NCBI GenBank assembly: GCA_965140705.1
Contig: OZ223300.1
Location: 640,001-704,000 of the forward strand
From: an uncultured Arcobacter sp.
GTDB taxonomy: Bacteria > Campylobacterota > Campylobacteria > Campylobacterales > Arcobacteraceae
DNA length: 64,000 nt
Direction: 5' to 3'
The translations under genes and the position numbers were made by a program. Under the pieces are notes generated by a model. The model saw only the letters and a list, made by a program, of their open reading frames with translations, was not told where the DNA came from and made no database searches. Positions 49,817 to 61,647 of this stretch are shown here, one piece after another (position 1 is the stretch's first letter; every line of letters begins with the position of its first letter).

Positions 49817-51109
49817 ATGAAAATAATAAATACTACAGATTCAAATTTTAAAGAAGAGTTTGAAAACATTTTAGCAAGAGCAAAAACTGATATCAAAGGT
49901 GTTTCTGCAATAGTTACAAATATCATTGATGAAATTGTTGAAAAGGGAAATAGTGCCATTAAAGAGCATATTTCTAAGTTTGACAAATGGGAAGTGAAAG
50001 AAGATAGTGATTTAGAAATATCAGTTGATGAAATGAAAAAAGCTTATGAAAATATTGATGAAAAATTAAAAAAATCACTTCATATAGCATATGACAGAAT
50101 AAAAACTTACCATGAAAAACAACTTCCAAAATCTTGGATTGATTTTGAAAAAAATGGAAGTATCTTAGGACAAAAAGTAAGTGCAGTTGATAGAGCAGGG
50201 CTTTATATTCCTGGTGGAAAAGCTGCTTATCCAAGTAGCTTACTTATGAATGCAATTCCAGCAATAGTTGCAGGTGTTGAAGAGATAGTTGTATGTACTC
50301 CAACTCCAAATGATGAGATTAATGAACTTCTTCTTGCAGCATGTCACATCTGTGGAATCAAAAAAGCTTTTAAAGTAGGAGGTGCTAGTGCTATTGCTGC
50401 TATGGCTTATGGGACAGAAACTATTCCAAAGGTAGATGTTATAACTGGACCTGGAAATATATTTGTTGCAACTGCTAAAAAGTTGGTTTTTGGGGAAGTA
50501 AATATTGATATGATAGCAGGTCCTAGTGAGATTGGAATCTTAAGTGATGCAAGTGCAAATCCTAGATATTTAGCTATTGATTTACTTTCACAAGCAGAAC
50601 ATGATGAGATGGCAAGTTCTATTATGATAACAACATGTGATAAAGTTGCTGAGCTTACTTCAATAGAAGTTGATAGATTTTTAGAAACTTTAAGTAGACG
50701 TGAAATAGCAAAAAAATCTATTGATGATAGGGGTGCTATAATTATTGCTTCAGATATGGATGAGGCTATAAAACTTATGAATGAAATAGCACCAGAACAT
50801 TTAGAAGTTATGACAAATAATGCCTTTGAATTACTGCCAAAAATCAAGCATGCTGGAGCTATTTTCTTAGGTAAAAATACTCCTGAGCCAATAGGTGATT
50901 ATATTGCAGGACCAAATCATACACTTCCTACTGGAAGTACAGCTAAATTTTATAGTCCATTAAATGTGGAAAACTTTTTGAAAAAATCTTCGATAATAAG
51001 TTTCTCACAAGAAGCGATTGATGAACTTGGCGAAGCTTGTGCCTTACTTGCTGATACTGAAGGTTTAACAGCCCATGCAAAATCTGTAAGAGTGAGATTA
51101 GAGAAATAA
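49817..51109 (+). CDS. hisD: Histidinol dehydrogenase
   Basis: GLYIPGG.AAYPSS, GPGNIFV, IDMIAGPSE, DLLSQAEHD, APEHLE, GDYIAGPNHTLPT. Confidence 0.96.
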   Translation: MKIINTTDSNFKEEFENILARAKTDIKGVSAIVTNIIDEIVEKGNSAIKEHISKFDKWEVKEDSDLEISVDEMKKAYENIDEKLKKSLHIAYDRIKTYHEKQLPKSWIDFEKNGSILGQKVSAVDRAGLYIPGGKAAYPSSLLMNAIPAIVAGVEEIVVCTPTPNDEINELLLAACHICGIKKAFKVGGASAIAAMAYGTETIPKVDVITGPGNIFVATAKKLVFGEVNIDMIAGPSEIGILSDASANPRYLAIDLLSQAEHDEMASSIMITTCDKVAELTSIEVDRFLETLSRREIAKKSIDDRGAIIIASDMDEAIKLMNEIAPEHLEVMTNNAFELLPKIKHAGAIFLGKNTPEPIGDYIAGPNHTLPTGSTAKFYSPLNVENFLKKSSIISFSQEAIDELGEACALLADTEGLTAHAKSVRVRLEK

Positions 51110-51110
51110 T

Positions 51111-51380
51111 ATGGATGATATTCTATTTGGAACTCCTAAATCAAAATTTTTAGATGTGCTTAGACATGCATCAAGTGAAATAGTAGATGATGAGATAGAT
51201 AAAATATTGGAAAAATATGCAGCTATGGAATTGCTTTTATCAAAAGATAAAGGTGAGAATTATGATGTAAATGAAGATATAAACTCTTTTGTTTTAGAAA
51301 ACCTAGATGAGGTCTCTAAAGTAAAAGATGATTTATATATTGAGTTTACTGGTGAAATTATTTGTAGATTAGATTCGTAA
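51111..51380 (+). CDS. DUF2018-family protein
   Basis: GTPKSKFLD motif; position before ispB-hemA as in other Campylobacterota. Confidence 0.7.
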   Translation: MDDILFGTPKSKFLDVLRHASSEIVDDEIDKILEKYAAMELLLSKDKGENYDVNEDINSFVLENLDEVSKVKDDLYIEFTGEIICRLDS

Positions 51381-51391
51381 GGTATTTATTA

Positions 51392-52288
51392 GTGGAAGAG
51401 TTAAAAATAGTAAAAGATAGAATTTTAGAGTTTGTAAAAGAGTGTGATGATGAAAAAAGTATAGAGCTTTTTGGACATCTATCAACTGGAAAGATGTTAC
51501 GTTCTAAATTGATACTAAAAATAGCTGGAATTAATGGAGAGTCAATAAAACTATGTGCAATAGTTGAGATGATTCATGCGGCATCACTTTTACATGATGA
51601 TGTTATTGATGAAGCTACTACAAGGAGAGGAAGCCCCTCTGTAAATGCTTTATATAATGCAAAAACAGCAATTATGTTTGGAGATGTTTTATACTCTAAA
51701 GCCTTTACTGAACTTTCTCAAATGAATAAAAAAGTAGCTTACAATATCTCAAGTGCTGTTACAAAACTAAGTATTGGTGAGATGATGGATATTGACTTAA
51801 CCCAAACTTTTAATACTGATTATAATTTGTACCTTGATATGATTTATAAGAAGACTGCTTCACTAATAGAAGCAAGTGCTGCAAGTGCTGCTATTTTAGC
51901 AAATAAAGATGAAGAAAAATATGCACTTTATGGAAAAAATCTTGGTCTTGCTTTTCAAATGATTGATGATATTTTAGATATTACACAAGATGCACAAACT
52001 TTAGGAAAACCAGCAATGTTTGATTTTGTTGAAGGAAAAGCTACAATTCCATATTTGTTATTGCATCAAAGATTAGATGAGAAGACAAAATTAGAATCTC
52101 TTTTCAAAAAAGAGTTAAATGAAGAAGAAGCTCTTTGGATAAAACAACAAATGGAGCGAACAGATTCCTTAAATGATGCAATTGCACAGGCAAAAGCTTT
52201 AGGGCGAGAGGCGATTATGATTTTAGAAGATGAAAATTCTGAAGGATTGATTAAAATAATGAAAGAAATGATAGAAAGAGAGTTTTAG
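51392..52288 (+). CDS. ispB: Polyprenyl diphosphate synthase
   Basis: GKMLR, EMIHAASLLHDDVID..RRG, KKTA, FQMIDDILD, GKP..D..EGK. Confidence 0.88.
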   Translation: MEELKIVKDRILEFVKECDDEKSIELFGHLSTGKMLRSKLILKIAGINGESIKLCAIVEMIHAASLLHDDVIDEATTRRGSPSVNALYNAKTAIMFGDVLYSKAFTELSQMNKKVAYNISSAVTKLSIGEMMDIDLTQTFNTDYNLYLDMIYKKTASLIEASAASAAILANKDEEKYALYGKNLGLAFQMIDDILDITQDAQTLGKPAMFDFVEGKATIPYLLLHQRLDEKTKLESLFKKELNEEEALWIKQQMERTDSLNDAIAQAKALGREAIMILEDENSEGLIKIMKEMIEREF

Positions 52289-52291
52289 GAT

Positions 52292-53587
52292 ATGAGTTAT
52301 TTAAGTATCTCTTTTACACACAAAAATACAGATATACAAACAAGAGAAAAGATTGCTTTTTCAAATGAAAGTTCAGTAGAGACTTTTTTAAAAAGTGTAA
52401 AAGCAGATGATTCAATTAATGAGGTTGTACTATTATCTACCTGTAATAGAGTAGAAATTATGACTACCTCTTCAAATATAAAACAATCAACAAACAAGAT
52501 TTTTGACACTTTATCTAAATATTCTGGTTTGGATTTTGATAATTTAATAGAAATAGCAGATATATATGACAATACTGGTGCTATTCACCATCTATTTTCT
52601 GTAGCATCTGCTTTGGATTCACTTGTTATTGGTGAAACACAAATTGTTGGACAATTAAAAGACTCATTTAGATTAGCTTTATCTAAAGGGTATTGTGGAA
52701 AAGATATATCAAAAGCTATGAACTATGCTTTTAAATGTGCTGCTAATGTTAGAAATGAAACAAGCTTAGGTACAGGTTCAGTATCAGTGGCTTCTACCGC
52801 TGTTTCAAAAGCAAAAGATATTATTCAAAATACCCAAGGTGTGAAAGCTTTAGTTATTGGTGCAGGTGAGATGAGTGAGCTTACTATGAAGCATTTAAAT
52901 AAAGCTGGATTTGATATTATTTTAATTAGTAGAGATATTAAAAAAGCTAAGATGTTAGTGGATACTTTTGATTTTGAAGTTGATGTTCAAGCTTATGAAA
53001 ATTTACAGAAATATTTAAATGAAGTTCCTGTTATGGTTACAGCAACTTCAGCTCCATATCCAATCATAAAAGAAGATATGGTAAAACCATGTAATTTCAA
53101 TAGATATTGGTTTGATATAGCCTTGCCTAGAGATATAGAAGAGTTTGAAAGTCCAAATTTACAAATTTATGCAGTAGATGATTTACAAGATATTGTAAAT
53201 TCTAATATGATACTTCGAGCAGAACAAGCAAAAAGAGCATATATGATTGTAAATCAAGAATCTGAAAAATTCTTCAAATGGTTAAAATCACTTGAAGTAG
53301 AACCAGTTGTAAAACATCTATATAAAAGAGCTGATAATGTAATTGAAAAGAAATTAGAAAATGCTATAAAAAAAGGGTTTATAAAATCTGAAGACGAAGA
53401 GAATATAAAAAAACTTTGTCAAACAGTTTTAAATGAGTTTTTACATGAACCAACAACAAAATTAAAAAAGATTTCAAAAGATGTGGAATGTGATATTATT
53501 TTAGGAACAGTACAATCTGTTTTTGGTTTAGAAGGTGGTTCAAGTTCTCTTAAAAAATGTGACCACGCAATAAAATTTAATTATTAG
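52292..53587 (+). CDS. hemA: Glutamyl-tRNA reductase
   Basis: [36 protein letters not shown]. Confidence 0.95.
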   Translation: MSYLSISFTHKNTDIQTREKIAFSNESSVETFLKSVKADDSINEVVLLSTCNRVEIMTTSSNIKQSTNKIFDTLSKYSGLDFDNLIEIADIYDNTGAIHHLFSVASALDSLVIGETQIVGQLKDSFRLALSKGYCGKDISKAMNYAFKCAANVRNETSLGTGSVSVASTAVSKAKDIIQNTQGVKALVIGAGEMSELTMKHLNKAGFDIILISRDIKKAKMLVDTFDFEVDVQAYENLQKYLNEVPVMVTATSAPYPIIKEDMVKPCNFNRYWFDIALPRDIEEFESPNLQIYAVDDLQDIVNSNMILRAEQAKRAYMIVNQESEKFFKWLKSLEVEPVVKHLYKRADNVIEKKLENAIKKGFIKSEDEENIKKLCQTVLNEFLHEPTTKLKKISKDVECDIILGTVQSVFGLEGGSSSLKKCDHAIKFNY

Positions 53588-53597
53588 GAATAAGTTA

Positions 53598-55316
53598 ATG
53601 AAATTTTCTCAAATGTTTATGCCAACTACAAAAGAGACACCAAATGATGCAACTTTAGCATCTCACCAATATTTAATAAGAGGTGGTTTTATAACTCAAA
53701 CAGGTTCTGGTTTATATAATTTTTTGCCCCTTGGAAAAATTGTTTTAGATAAAATAAGAGCTGTTGTAAAAGAAGAGATGGATAATACAGGTGCAAATGA
53801 ACTTCTGATGAGTTTTGTTACACCCTTAGAGCTTTGGGAACAATCTGGTCGAGCAAGTGTTATGGGTCCTGAATTACTAAAATTCAAAGACAGAAAAGGT
53901 GCAGGATTTGTGCTAAGTCCAACAAATGAAGAGACTGTAGTTGATATTGTAAAAAATAGAATCACCTCATATAAAGATTTACCAATAAACTTGTATCACA
54001 TAAATACAAAATTTAGAGATGAAGCAAGACCTAGATTTGGACTTATGAGAGGTAGAGAATTTTTGATGAAAGATGCTTACTCTTTCCATGCTACACATGA
54101 AGATTTAGTTAGAGAATTTCATGTTATGGAAGATGCATACAAAAAGATTTATGAAAGACTAGGTTTAGAATATAGAGTTGTTGCTGCTGATAGTGGTGCT
54201 ATTGGTGGAAGTGGTTCTAAAGAGTTTATGGTATTAGCAAACTCTGGAGAAGATACTATTGTTGTATGTGAAGATTGTGAGTATGGGGCAAATATTGAAG
54301 CTGCTGTAAGAGCAAAAAAAGAGACTAAAAATTGGTATGATTTAACTTCTGAAAATGTAAAAATGGAAAAAGTACTAACAGAGGGTATGAAAACAATAGA
54401 AGATGTTTCAAATTTTCTAAGTACTCCAACTGCTCAATCAATAAAAGCAGTTATTAAAAAAGCAATTTATAAAGATACAGAAGAAGTGGTAGTTTTCTTT
54501 GTAAGAGGAAATGATGAATTAGAAGAGACAAAAGCAGCAAATGCAGTTGATGCCTTAGAATTAATTGATGCAAATGAAGAAGATATTTTAAATGCCTCTT
54601 TAGTTGCAGGATTTTGTGGACCATTTAATTTACCTGAAAATATAACTTATGTAATTGATAATGAATTAAAAGATGAAGTTGGTTTAGTTTGTGGTGCTAA
54701 CGAAGTTGATTATCACTTTACAGGAACAGATTTAACAACTCTAAAAGATGCAAAATATTTTGATTTGATTGTTGTTCAAGAGGGAGATACTTGTTCTTGT
54801 TGTGGTGGAAAACTAATTCACACAAAAGGAATAGAAGCTGGACATATTTTCCAACTTGGAACAAAATATTCAAGTGCTATGGATGCTACATTTTTAGATA
54901 ACAATGGAAAAGCACAACCTTTTATTATGGGTTGTTATGGAATTGGAGTTTCAAGATTAGTAGCAGCTGTAATTGAACAAAATCATGATGATAAAGGGTG
55001 TATTTGGACTAAAGAGACTGCACCTTTTATGGTTGATGTAATAGTTTCAAATGCAAAAAAAGAAGAAGAATTAAATGCTGGTAAAAAGATTTATAATGAC
55101 CTTAAAATAGCAGGTATTTCTACAATCTTAGATGATAGATTAAATGCTAGATTTGGATTTAAAATGAGTGATTTTGAACTTATTGGATTTCCTTATGCAG
55201 TTGTTGTTGGTAAAAAATTACCAGAAGGTATAGTTGAAATTGTTAATAGAAAAACTTTAGAAAAAGAAGAAGTATCGTTAGACGAAGTTGTAAACAAATT
55301 AAAAAAACTAAAATAA
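53598..55316 (+). CDS. proS: Proline--tRNA ligase
   Basis: [48 protein letters not shown]; editing-domain insertion. Confidence 0.97.
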   Translation: MKFSQMFMPTTKETPNDATLASHQYLIRGGFITQTGSGLYNFLPLGKIVLDKIRAVVKEEMDNTGANELLMSFVTPLELWEQSGRASVMGPELLKFKDRKGAGFVLSPTNEETVVDIVKNRITSYKDLPINLYHINTKFRDEARPRFGLMRGREFLMKDAYSFHATHEDLVREFHVMEDAYKKIYERLGLEYRVVAADSGAIGGSGSKEFMVLANSGEDTIVVCEDCEYGANIEAAVRAKKETKNWYDLTSENVKMEKVLTEGMKTIEDVSNFLSTPTAQSIKAVIKKAIYKDTEEVVVFFVRGNDELEETKAANAVDALELIDANEEDILNASLVAGFCGPFNLPENITYVIDNELKDEVGLVCGANEVDYHFTGTDLTTLKDAKYFDLIVVQEGDTCSCCGGKLIHTKGIEAGHIFQLGTKYSSAMDATFLDNNGKAQPFIMGCYGIGVSRLVAAVIEQNHDDKGCIWTKETAPFMVDVIVSNAKKEEELNAGKKIYNDLKIAGISTILDDRLNARFGFKMSDFELIGFPYAVVVGKKLPEGIVEIVNRKTLEKEEVSLDEVVNKLKKLK

Positions 55317-55325
55317 GGGGTAAAA

Positions 55326-56141
55326 ATGGGAACTAGTATTGAAACAGTTTCTGATATGATTGGGGTATACTCATTAAATATTGCTATGGCAATTTTAATA
55401 TTTGTAGTTGGTAAATGGTTAGCAAAAAAGATAACAGAAGTTGTTGCAAAGATATTAAGAAGAAATCCAAAACTTGATGCAACATTAGTAAACTTTTTTG
55501 ATGATATTATTTATTATGTATTACTTGTAGTTGTTGTCTTAACAGCACTAGAACAAATTGGGGTTGAATCAACTTCGTTTTTAGCTATTATCGGAGCAGC
55601 AGGTCTTGCTGTTGGTTTAGCACTTAAAGATTCATTATCAAACTTTGCTTCTGGTGTTATGATTATATTTTTCAAACCTTTTAAAATAGGTGATTATGTA
55701 ACTGCTGGTGGTGTAAGTGGAACTATTACTGAAGTACATCTGTTTAATACAGAGTTTACAACACCTGATAATCAAAAAGTTTTAGTACCAAATGGTACAA
55801 TTACAGCAGGAAGTATAACAAATGTAAATGCTCATCCTAAAAGAAGAGTCGATTTAGTTATTGGTGTTGGTTATGGTGATAATTTAAAAATAGTAAAAGA
55901 TATTATTACAAAAATAATTGAATCAAATGATAAAGTTCTAAAAGATGAAGCAATCACAGTTGCTGTTTCAGAATTAGGTGATTCATCAGTAAATTTTGTA
56001 GTTCGAGTTTGGGTTAATACACCTGATTTTTGGGCTGTAAAATGGGCTTTAATTGAAGAGATTAAAAACACATTTGATAAAGAAGGAATCTCTATTCCTT
56101 TTCCTCAAAGAGATGTGCATATTATCAACGAAAAAAACTAG
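55326..56141 (+). CDS. mscS: Small-conductance mechanosensitive channel
   Basis: GAAGLAVGLALKDSLSNFASG, PFKIGD, IPFPQRDVH. Confidence 0.9.
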   Translation: MGTSIETVSDMIGVYSLNIAMAILIFVVGKWLAKKITEVVAKILRRNPKLDATLVNFFDDIIYYVLLVVVVLTALEQIGVESTSFLAIIGAAGLAVGLALKDSLSNFASGVMIIFFKPFKIGDYVTAGGVSGTITEVHLFNTEFTTPDNQKVLVPNGTITAGSITNVNAHPKRRVDLVIGVGYGDNLKIVKDIITKIIESNDKVLKDEAITVAVSELGDSSVNFVVRVWVNTPDFWAVKWALIEEIKNTFDKEGISIPFPQRDVHIINEKN

Positions 56142-57516
56142 TATCAAGTTACCTAATACTCTAACAAAGATACTAAAACTTTTACAAGAAAAAGGTGCTA
56201 AGCCTATTCTTGTAGGAGGATGTGTTAGAGACCACTTTTTAAACTTACAAATAAAAGATTATGACATAGAAGTCTTTCATATAGAAAACTTCGAAACCCT
56301 CACAAAATATTTAGAACAATTTGGAAAAGTTAAACTTGTAGGCAAATCATATGGTGTATTAAAACTCACAGTTGATAAGCAAGAGTATGATTTTGCACTG
56401 CCCAGAATTGAAAAAAAAATAGCAAAAGGGCATAAGGGGTTTGAAGTCATAAGTAATAGTTATCTAAGCTTTAAAGAAGCAGCTATTAGGCGAGATTTTA
56501 CAATAAATGCCCTTGGATATGATTTTATAAATGAAGAGATTTTAGACCCCTTTGGTGGATTAGAAGATTTAGAGAATAAAATCTTACGACATATAGATGA
56601 CAATAGTTTTATTGAAGATCCTTTAAGGGTTTATAGAGCAGTACAATTTGCTTCAAGATTTGATTTTACAATAGATAAAGATAGTTTTATTTTATGCAAA
56701 AAAATGGTTTTAAATGGAGATTTAGAAGAGTTAGCAAGTGAGCGAATCTTTGAAGAGTTAAAAAAACTCTTTTTAAAATCACTTAAGCCTTCAATTGGAT
56801 TTGAACTTTTAAAAGAGTTGGAGATATTAAAATATTTTCCAGAACTAAAAGCATTAATTGGCTGTGCTCAAGAGCCACAATATCATCCTGAAGGTGATGT
56901 TTGGATTCATACTTTAATGTGCTTAGATGAAATGGCAAAAATAAAAACAAATGATGAGTATAAAGATTTAGTTCTGTTTTTTGCAATACTTTGTCATGAT
57001 TTTGGAAAACCCTTATGTACAAAAGTAATAGATGGAAAAATAACTTCATATAAACATGAGTCTTTGGGAATAGAACCTACCGTATCATTTTTAGAAAAAC
57101 TAACAAATGATAAAAAACTTATAGCTGATGTTCTTCCCTTAGTTAAATATCACCTTTCTCCTTTTCAATTATATTTGCACAATAGTAGTGATAAGGCAGT
57201 AAAAAGATTAGCCTTAAAAGTTGATATTGAGATGTTATGTTTGGTTTGTCTAGCTGATTGTTTAGGAAGAACGATTGAAGATAAGTGTAAATGCCATGAA
57301 GCTATCTCTTGGTTAAAAAATAGAGCCTCACAATTGGAAGTCACAAATAGTGGACCAAAAGCTATTGTGATGGGAAAAGATTTGATAGCCTTAGGATTTA
57401 CCCCAGGAGTTTTATTTAAAGAGATTTTAGACTATGCTTTTGATTTACAACTAGATGAAGATTTACCAAAAGAGTTAATAATAGAAAAAATAAAAGAGAA
57501 ATATATCAAGGGGTGA
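56113..57516 (+). CDS. cca: CCA tRNA nucleotidyltransferase with HD domain (start about 56113)
   Basis: VGGCVRD, KDYDIE, RRDFTINA, EDPLR, ERIFEE, HPEGDVWIHT, CHDFGK. Confidence 0.9.
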   Translation: MCILSTKKTSIKLPNTLTKILKLLQEKGAKPILVGGCVRDHFLNLQIKDYDIEVFHIENFETLTKYLEQFGKVKLVGKSYGVLKLTVDKQEYDFALPRIEKKIAKGHKGFEVISNSYLSFKEAAIRRDFTINALGYDFINEEILDPFGGLEDLENKILRHIDDNSFIEDPLRVYRAVQFASRFDFTIDKDSFILCKKMVLNGDLEELASERIFEELKKLFLKSLKPSIGFELLKELEILKYFPELKALIGCAQEPQYHPEGDVWIHTLMCLDEMAKIKTNDEYKDLVLFFAILCHDFGKPLCTKVIDGKITSYKHESLGIEPTVSFLEKLTNDKKLIADVLPLVKYHLSPFQLYLHNSSDKAVKRLALKVDIEMLCLVCLADCLGRTIEDKCKCHEAISWLKNRASQLEVTNSGPKAIVMGKDLIALGFTPGVLFKEILDYAFDLQLDEDLPKELIIEKIKEKYIKG

Positions 57517-58735
57517 TGATATAATTTTCACTTCCATTTATCTCATGATAGATATTAACCCCATATTTTTTTGAATAAAGTCTTATCAAAAGTTTTTGTA
57601 AAGTTGGTTCAATAGATGGTGTAAACCAAGCATTATTTGATATGGCAATAATATTCTTTGTATTTCCTAGGTTTTTATATAACTCTTCACTTGTAGCTTC
57701 ATAACAAATAGCATTTCTAAAAGAGATATTTTTTATTCTATAATCTGTTGGTGCACTAGCTTTTGTATAATCTTTTGCTCCATTGTAAAATATCTTATTA
57801 ATAAAATCTCTAAATATCTTAGGTAAAGGAATCTCTTCCCCAAAAGGAACTAAAACAACTTTTGAGGCAATTTGTAAATTTCCAGCTTTGAAAATATAAG
57901 TTGAGTTTTCATATTGTCCATTTTTATAATATAAAGAACCAGCTATGATTGTGATTTTATGTGATTTTTCCAATAGATTTTCTAGTATAAATTCTTGCTT
58001 ATTTAATACAAAAGGAAAAGTAGTTTCAGGTAACACAACCACATCTTTGTGTTCTTTTATTGCCTTATTTATTTGTTTAAAGTTCTCATCAACAATGGCT
58101 GCTAAATTTTTTCTATCCCATTTATAATCTTGGTTAAAATAAAAGTTTGCTAAAGAAATATCAATATCACTCAAAGGTGTTGGCTTTGGATTTATGTGTA
58201 TAAAGGAAATAGCAATTATACATACTGTATAAATTAAAACTCTTTTTTTTACTAAAAATATTGTAGATAAAATTATAAGTCCTAGAACTATTTTATTGGC
58301 TTCAAAATAACTATCTAAAAGTAAAATATCGGGTTTGAACCAGTTAAAACCAAAAGGGTTAAAAAAAGCTAAGCCAAAAAATAAAATGGCTCTTAAATAT
58401 ATATTGTCTTTTATAGAAATTAAAAGAAAAAGTAAAGCATATACAAGAGCAAAAAATAGAATCACAAGAGGAATTAAATAACTTAAATCATAATATCTAA
58501 AGGAAAAACTCACCCAATAAAACCATAAAATCCCAACAAAAAAACCACTATAAAAAAGTGAAATTCTATCTATTTTTAAAATAAAATATAAAGAAAGAAG
58601 TAAACAAATTGTATTGATAATTTTGATTTCAAATCCAAAATATGCTAAATATATAGGAGTTGAGAACAATAATGCTGTAATCAAGCCTTTTATTATATTG
58701 ATTTTGTTAAAATACACGCGTTTTAGGAAAAACAT
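57506..58735 (-). CDS. lnt: Apolipoprotein N-acyltransferase
   Basis: N-terminal TM segments; LPET (Glu), KVVLVPFGE (Lys), AICYE (Cys), SNNAWF. Confidence 0.9.
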   Translation of the reverse strand: MFFLKRVYFNKINIIKGLITALLFSTPIYLAYFGFEIKIINTICLLLSLYFILKIDRISLFYSGFFVGILWFYWVSFSFRYYDLSYLIPLVILFFALVYALLFLLISIKDNIYLRAILFFGLAFFNPFGFNWFKPDILLLDSYFEANKIVLGLIILSTIFLVKKRVLIYTVCIIAISFIHINPKPTPLSDIDISLANFYFNQDYKWDRKNLAAIVDENFKQINKAIKEHKDVVVLPETTFPFVLNKQEFILENLLEKSHKITIIAGSLYYKNGQYENSTYIFKAGNLQIASKVVLVPFGEEIPLPKIFRDFINKIFYNGAKDYTKASAPTDYRIKNISFRNAICYEATSEELYKNLGNTKNIIAISNNAWFTPSIEPTLQKLLIRLYSKKYGVNIYHEINGSENYIITP

Positions 58736-58760
58736 ATCAAACCATTATAAAGGAAGTACC

Positions 58761-59030
58761 ATGGGTCAAAGCGGTGACTTAATAAGTTCATTATTACCTC
58801 TTGTTGCATTATTTGCAATATTCTACTTTTTAATTATTAGACCACAACAAAAGCAAGCTAAACAGCATAAGCAAATGATTGCGGATTTGAAAAAAGGTGA
58901 CAAGATTGTAACAAATGGTGGCTTAATCGTTGAAATTTCAAAAGTTGAAGAGACTTCTTTAACTGTAAAAAATGTAGATGGTTCAGAAATGAAATTAGCA
59001 AGAGAGTTTGTAGCTAAACTTGCTGAATAA
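58761..59030 (+). CDS. yajC: Preprotein translocase subunit YajC (start ATG 58761)
   Basis: FYFLIIRPQQK, LKKGDKIVTNGG; AAGGAAG RBS. Confidence 0.95.
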   Translation: MGQSGDLISSLLPLVALFAIFYFLIIRPQQKQAKQHKQMIADLKKGDKIVTNGGLIVEISKVEETSLTVKNVDGSEMKLAREFVAKLAE

Positions 59031-59107
59031 AAATAAGGCATGTAAAACTTTTTACATGTCTTACCACTTACCTTTATATTTAACAACTTACTATTTAAGG
59101 ATAAAGA

Positions 59108-60676
59108 TTGAAAATCTTAAATTATAGACTTATCATATTTATATTAAGCATTATTTTTGGTGTCGCATTTTCTATGCCATCATTTCTCCAAAGCAATTCT
59201 GGCAAAAAAATCGCATTAGGACTTGACTTACAAGGTGGACTTCATCTTTTATTAGGTGTAAAAACTCAAGAAGCAGTAGTATCTAAAATCAAATCAATAG
59301 CAGCAACAGTAAAATATTATACTGACGATGAAGAGATATTGATAGAGGATTTATCTATAAATCCAGATAGCGTTACCTTTACTGTACTTGATCCAGATGA
59401 AGTTAAAAGAGTTGATGAAATGCTTAAAAAAATCAAAGGTTTAGTTATTTCAAAAAGTCAAGATAACAATTATGAATTAACTTTAACTCCTGAAGAGATT
59501 GCACTTACAAAAGATCAAGCTGTTTCACAAGCTGTTGAGACTATTAGAAATAGACTTGACCAATTTGGTTTGGCTGAACCTACAGTTATTAGACAAGGTA
59601 AAAGTGATATTGTGGTTGAACTTCCAGGAATAAAAACTCAAGCAGATGAACAAGCAGCAAGGGAACTTATCTCAAAACCAGCTAACTTAGAACTTATGGC
59701 TGTAGATGAAGATAGAGCTGATCAAGTTTATACTATGACTGGTTCTGAAGCTTCACAATATGGAGATATTATTTTAGAAGATGCAAAAAATCCTGCTAAA
59801 AAATATCTTGTAAAAGAAATACCGATTTTAAATGGAAGTCAAGTAACAGATGCACAAGTGGCTTTTGATAAATCAAATCAAGCAATTATTAACTTTACAC
59901 TTAATTCTATTGGTGCAAAAGTTTTTGGTGACTTTACAGCAAAAAGTGTTGGAAAAAGACTTGCTATTGTTTTAGATGGAAAAGTTTATTCTGCACCAAA
60001 TATTAGAGAAAGAATTGGTGGTGGAAGCGGACAAATTTCTGGTGGATTTACTGTTGTTGAAGCTGGAAATGTTGCAATTGCTCTTAGAAGTGGAGCTTTA
60101 CCTGCTTCTGTTGAGTTATTAGAAAAAAGAAGTGTTGGACCATCTTTAGGAGCTGATTCTATTAAAGCTTCTATGATAGCACTTATTGCTGGATTTGCTT
60201 TAGTTGTAGTATTTATGATTGTTTATTATGGTATGGCAGGTGTTATTGCAAATGTTGCACTTGTAACTAATATTTTTATAATCATAGCAATTATGGCGAT
60301 GTTTGGAGCGACCTTAACTTTACCTGGAATGGCTGGTATTGTATTAACAGTAGGTATGGCTGTTGATGCCAATGTTATTATCACTGAGAGAATAAAAGAG
60401 TTACTTCGAAATAAAGTATCTATTACAAAAGCTGTAGAAGATGGATATTCAAATGCAATGAGAGCAATCTTAGATGCAAATGTTACAACCTTACTTGTAT
60501 CAGTTATCCTTTATGTTTATGGAACAGGACCTATTAAAGGTTTTGCTATTACTATTTCTATTGGTATCTTAGCATCTATGTTAACAGCTATTTTAGGTAC
60601 ACATGGTATCTATGAGTCTTTATTACCTAAGATGAATAGAGAGAAAAATTTAAGAAAATGGTTTGGGATGAAATAA
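59108..60676 (+). CDS. secD: Protein translocase subunit SecD
   Basis: LGLDLQGG, IRNRLDQFGLAEP, LRSGALPA, VGPSLG, TLTLPGMAG, GMAVDANV. Confidence 0.96.
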   Translation: MKILNYRLIIFILSIIFGVAFSMPSFLQSNSGKKIALGLDLQGGLHLLLGVKTQEAVVSKIKSIAATVKYYTDDEEILIEDLSINPDSVTFTVLDPDEVKRVDEMLKKIKGLVISKSQDNNYELTLTPEEIALTKDQAVSQAVETIRNRLDQFGLAEPTVIRQGKSDIVVELPGIKTQADEQAARELISKPANLELMAVDEDRADQVYTMTGSEASQYGDIILEDAKNPAKKYLVKEIPILNGSQVTDAQVAFDKSNQAIINFTLNSIGAKVFGDFTAKSVGKRLAIVLDGKVYSAPNIRERIGGGSGQISGGFTVVEAGNVAIALRSGALPASVELLEKRSVGPSLGADSIKASMIALIAGFALVVVFMIVYYGMAGVIANVALVTNIFIIIAIMAMFGATLTLPGMAGIVLTVGMAVDANVIITERIKELLRNKVSITKAVEDGYSNAMRAILDANVTTLLVSVILYVYGTGPIKGFAITISIGILASMLTAILGTHGIYESLLPKMNREKNLRKWFGMK

Positions 60677-61647
60677 TGGAATTTTTTAAAGGCGATAAAA
60701 TATATAATTTTATGGGTAAGAGATTACCATTTTTAGGTTTATCTACTATTTTAGTTGTGACTTCTATTGTATTACTTCTTACAAAAGGTGTTAATTTTGG
60801 TATTGATTTTGCTGGTGGAACTTTAGTTCAAGTAAAATATGAAAAAGCTGCTCCAATTGATAAAATTAGAGATGTTTTAAATAAAACAAAAGAGTATAAA
60901 AACTCTTCAATCACAAAATTTGGTAGCGATGATGAAGTCATTATTAGAGTAACAACATCTACAAATAGTGTATCAAGTGATTTAAGTGATGAGATTAGAA
61001 ATGTACTAAAAGGTACTGGAAACTTTGAAATAAGAAGAGTTGATATAGTAGGACCTAAAGTTGGTGGTGAATTAAGAGAAAAAGGATTGATGGCCTTTGT
61101 TTTATCATTAATTGTGATTATGATTTATGTATCTTTTAGATTTGAGTGGAGATTTGCCCTTGCTTCTATTTTAGCTTTAGTCCATGATGTTACTATTGCT
61201 TTAGGAGCAGTGAGTCTATTTGGTATAGAAGTAAACTTAGATATCTTAGCAGCTATTCTTACTTTATTGGGATACTCACTAAATGATACGATTATTGTAT
61301 TTGATAGAATTAGAGAAGGTGTTCAAACCTCAAAAGAGAGTAATCTTTCAAAAGTTGTAAATGAATCTGTTTCAAGAACACTATCAAGAACTACTCTTAC
61401 TTCATTGACAACTTTCTTCGTTGTTGCGACTTTATATTTCTTTGGTGGAGAGATTATCAATGGTTTTGCCTTTACTTTATTAGTGGGTATTATTGTAGGT
61501 ACTTATTCATCTATTTTTATCGCAGCTTCATTTTTAGTTCAATTAAGATTCTCTATTGAGGATTTTAGAACTAAAGAAGTTGAGAAGATTAAGAAACAAA
61601 AAGAGAAAGAAAAGATGAGAGCGATGTATGAGCAGGGAACAGTTTAA
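60676..61647 (+). CDS. secF: Protein translocase subunit SecF (ATG overlaps the secD stop, TAATG)
   Basis: GIDFAGGT, VGPKVG, HDV, GYSLNDTIIVFDRIRE, GTYSSIFIA. Confidence 0.96.
   Translation: MEFFKGDKIYNFMGKRLPFLGLSTILVVTSIVLLLTKGVNFGIDFAGGTLVQVKYEKAAPIDKIRDVLNKTKEYKNSSITKFGSDDEVIIRVTTSTNSVSSDLSDEIRNVLKGTGNFEIRRVDIVGPKVGGELREKGLMAFVLSLIVIMIYVSFRFEWRFALASILALVHDVTIALGAVSLFGIEVNLDILAAILTLLGYSLNDTIIVFDRIREGVQTSKESNLSKVVNESVSRTLSRTTLTSLTTFFVVATLYFFGGEIINGFAFTLLVGIIVGTYSSIFIAASFLVQLRFSIEDFRTKEVEKIKKQKEKEKMRAMYEQGTV

Noticed and set aside
58614..58760. Extended yajC N-terminus overlapping lnt
   Set aside because: The start is ATG 58761 with a good RBS; the tight divergent lnt/yajC arrangement is ordinary for this lineage
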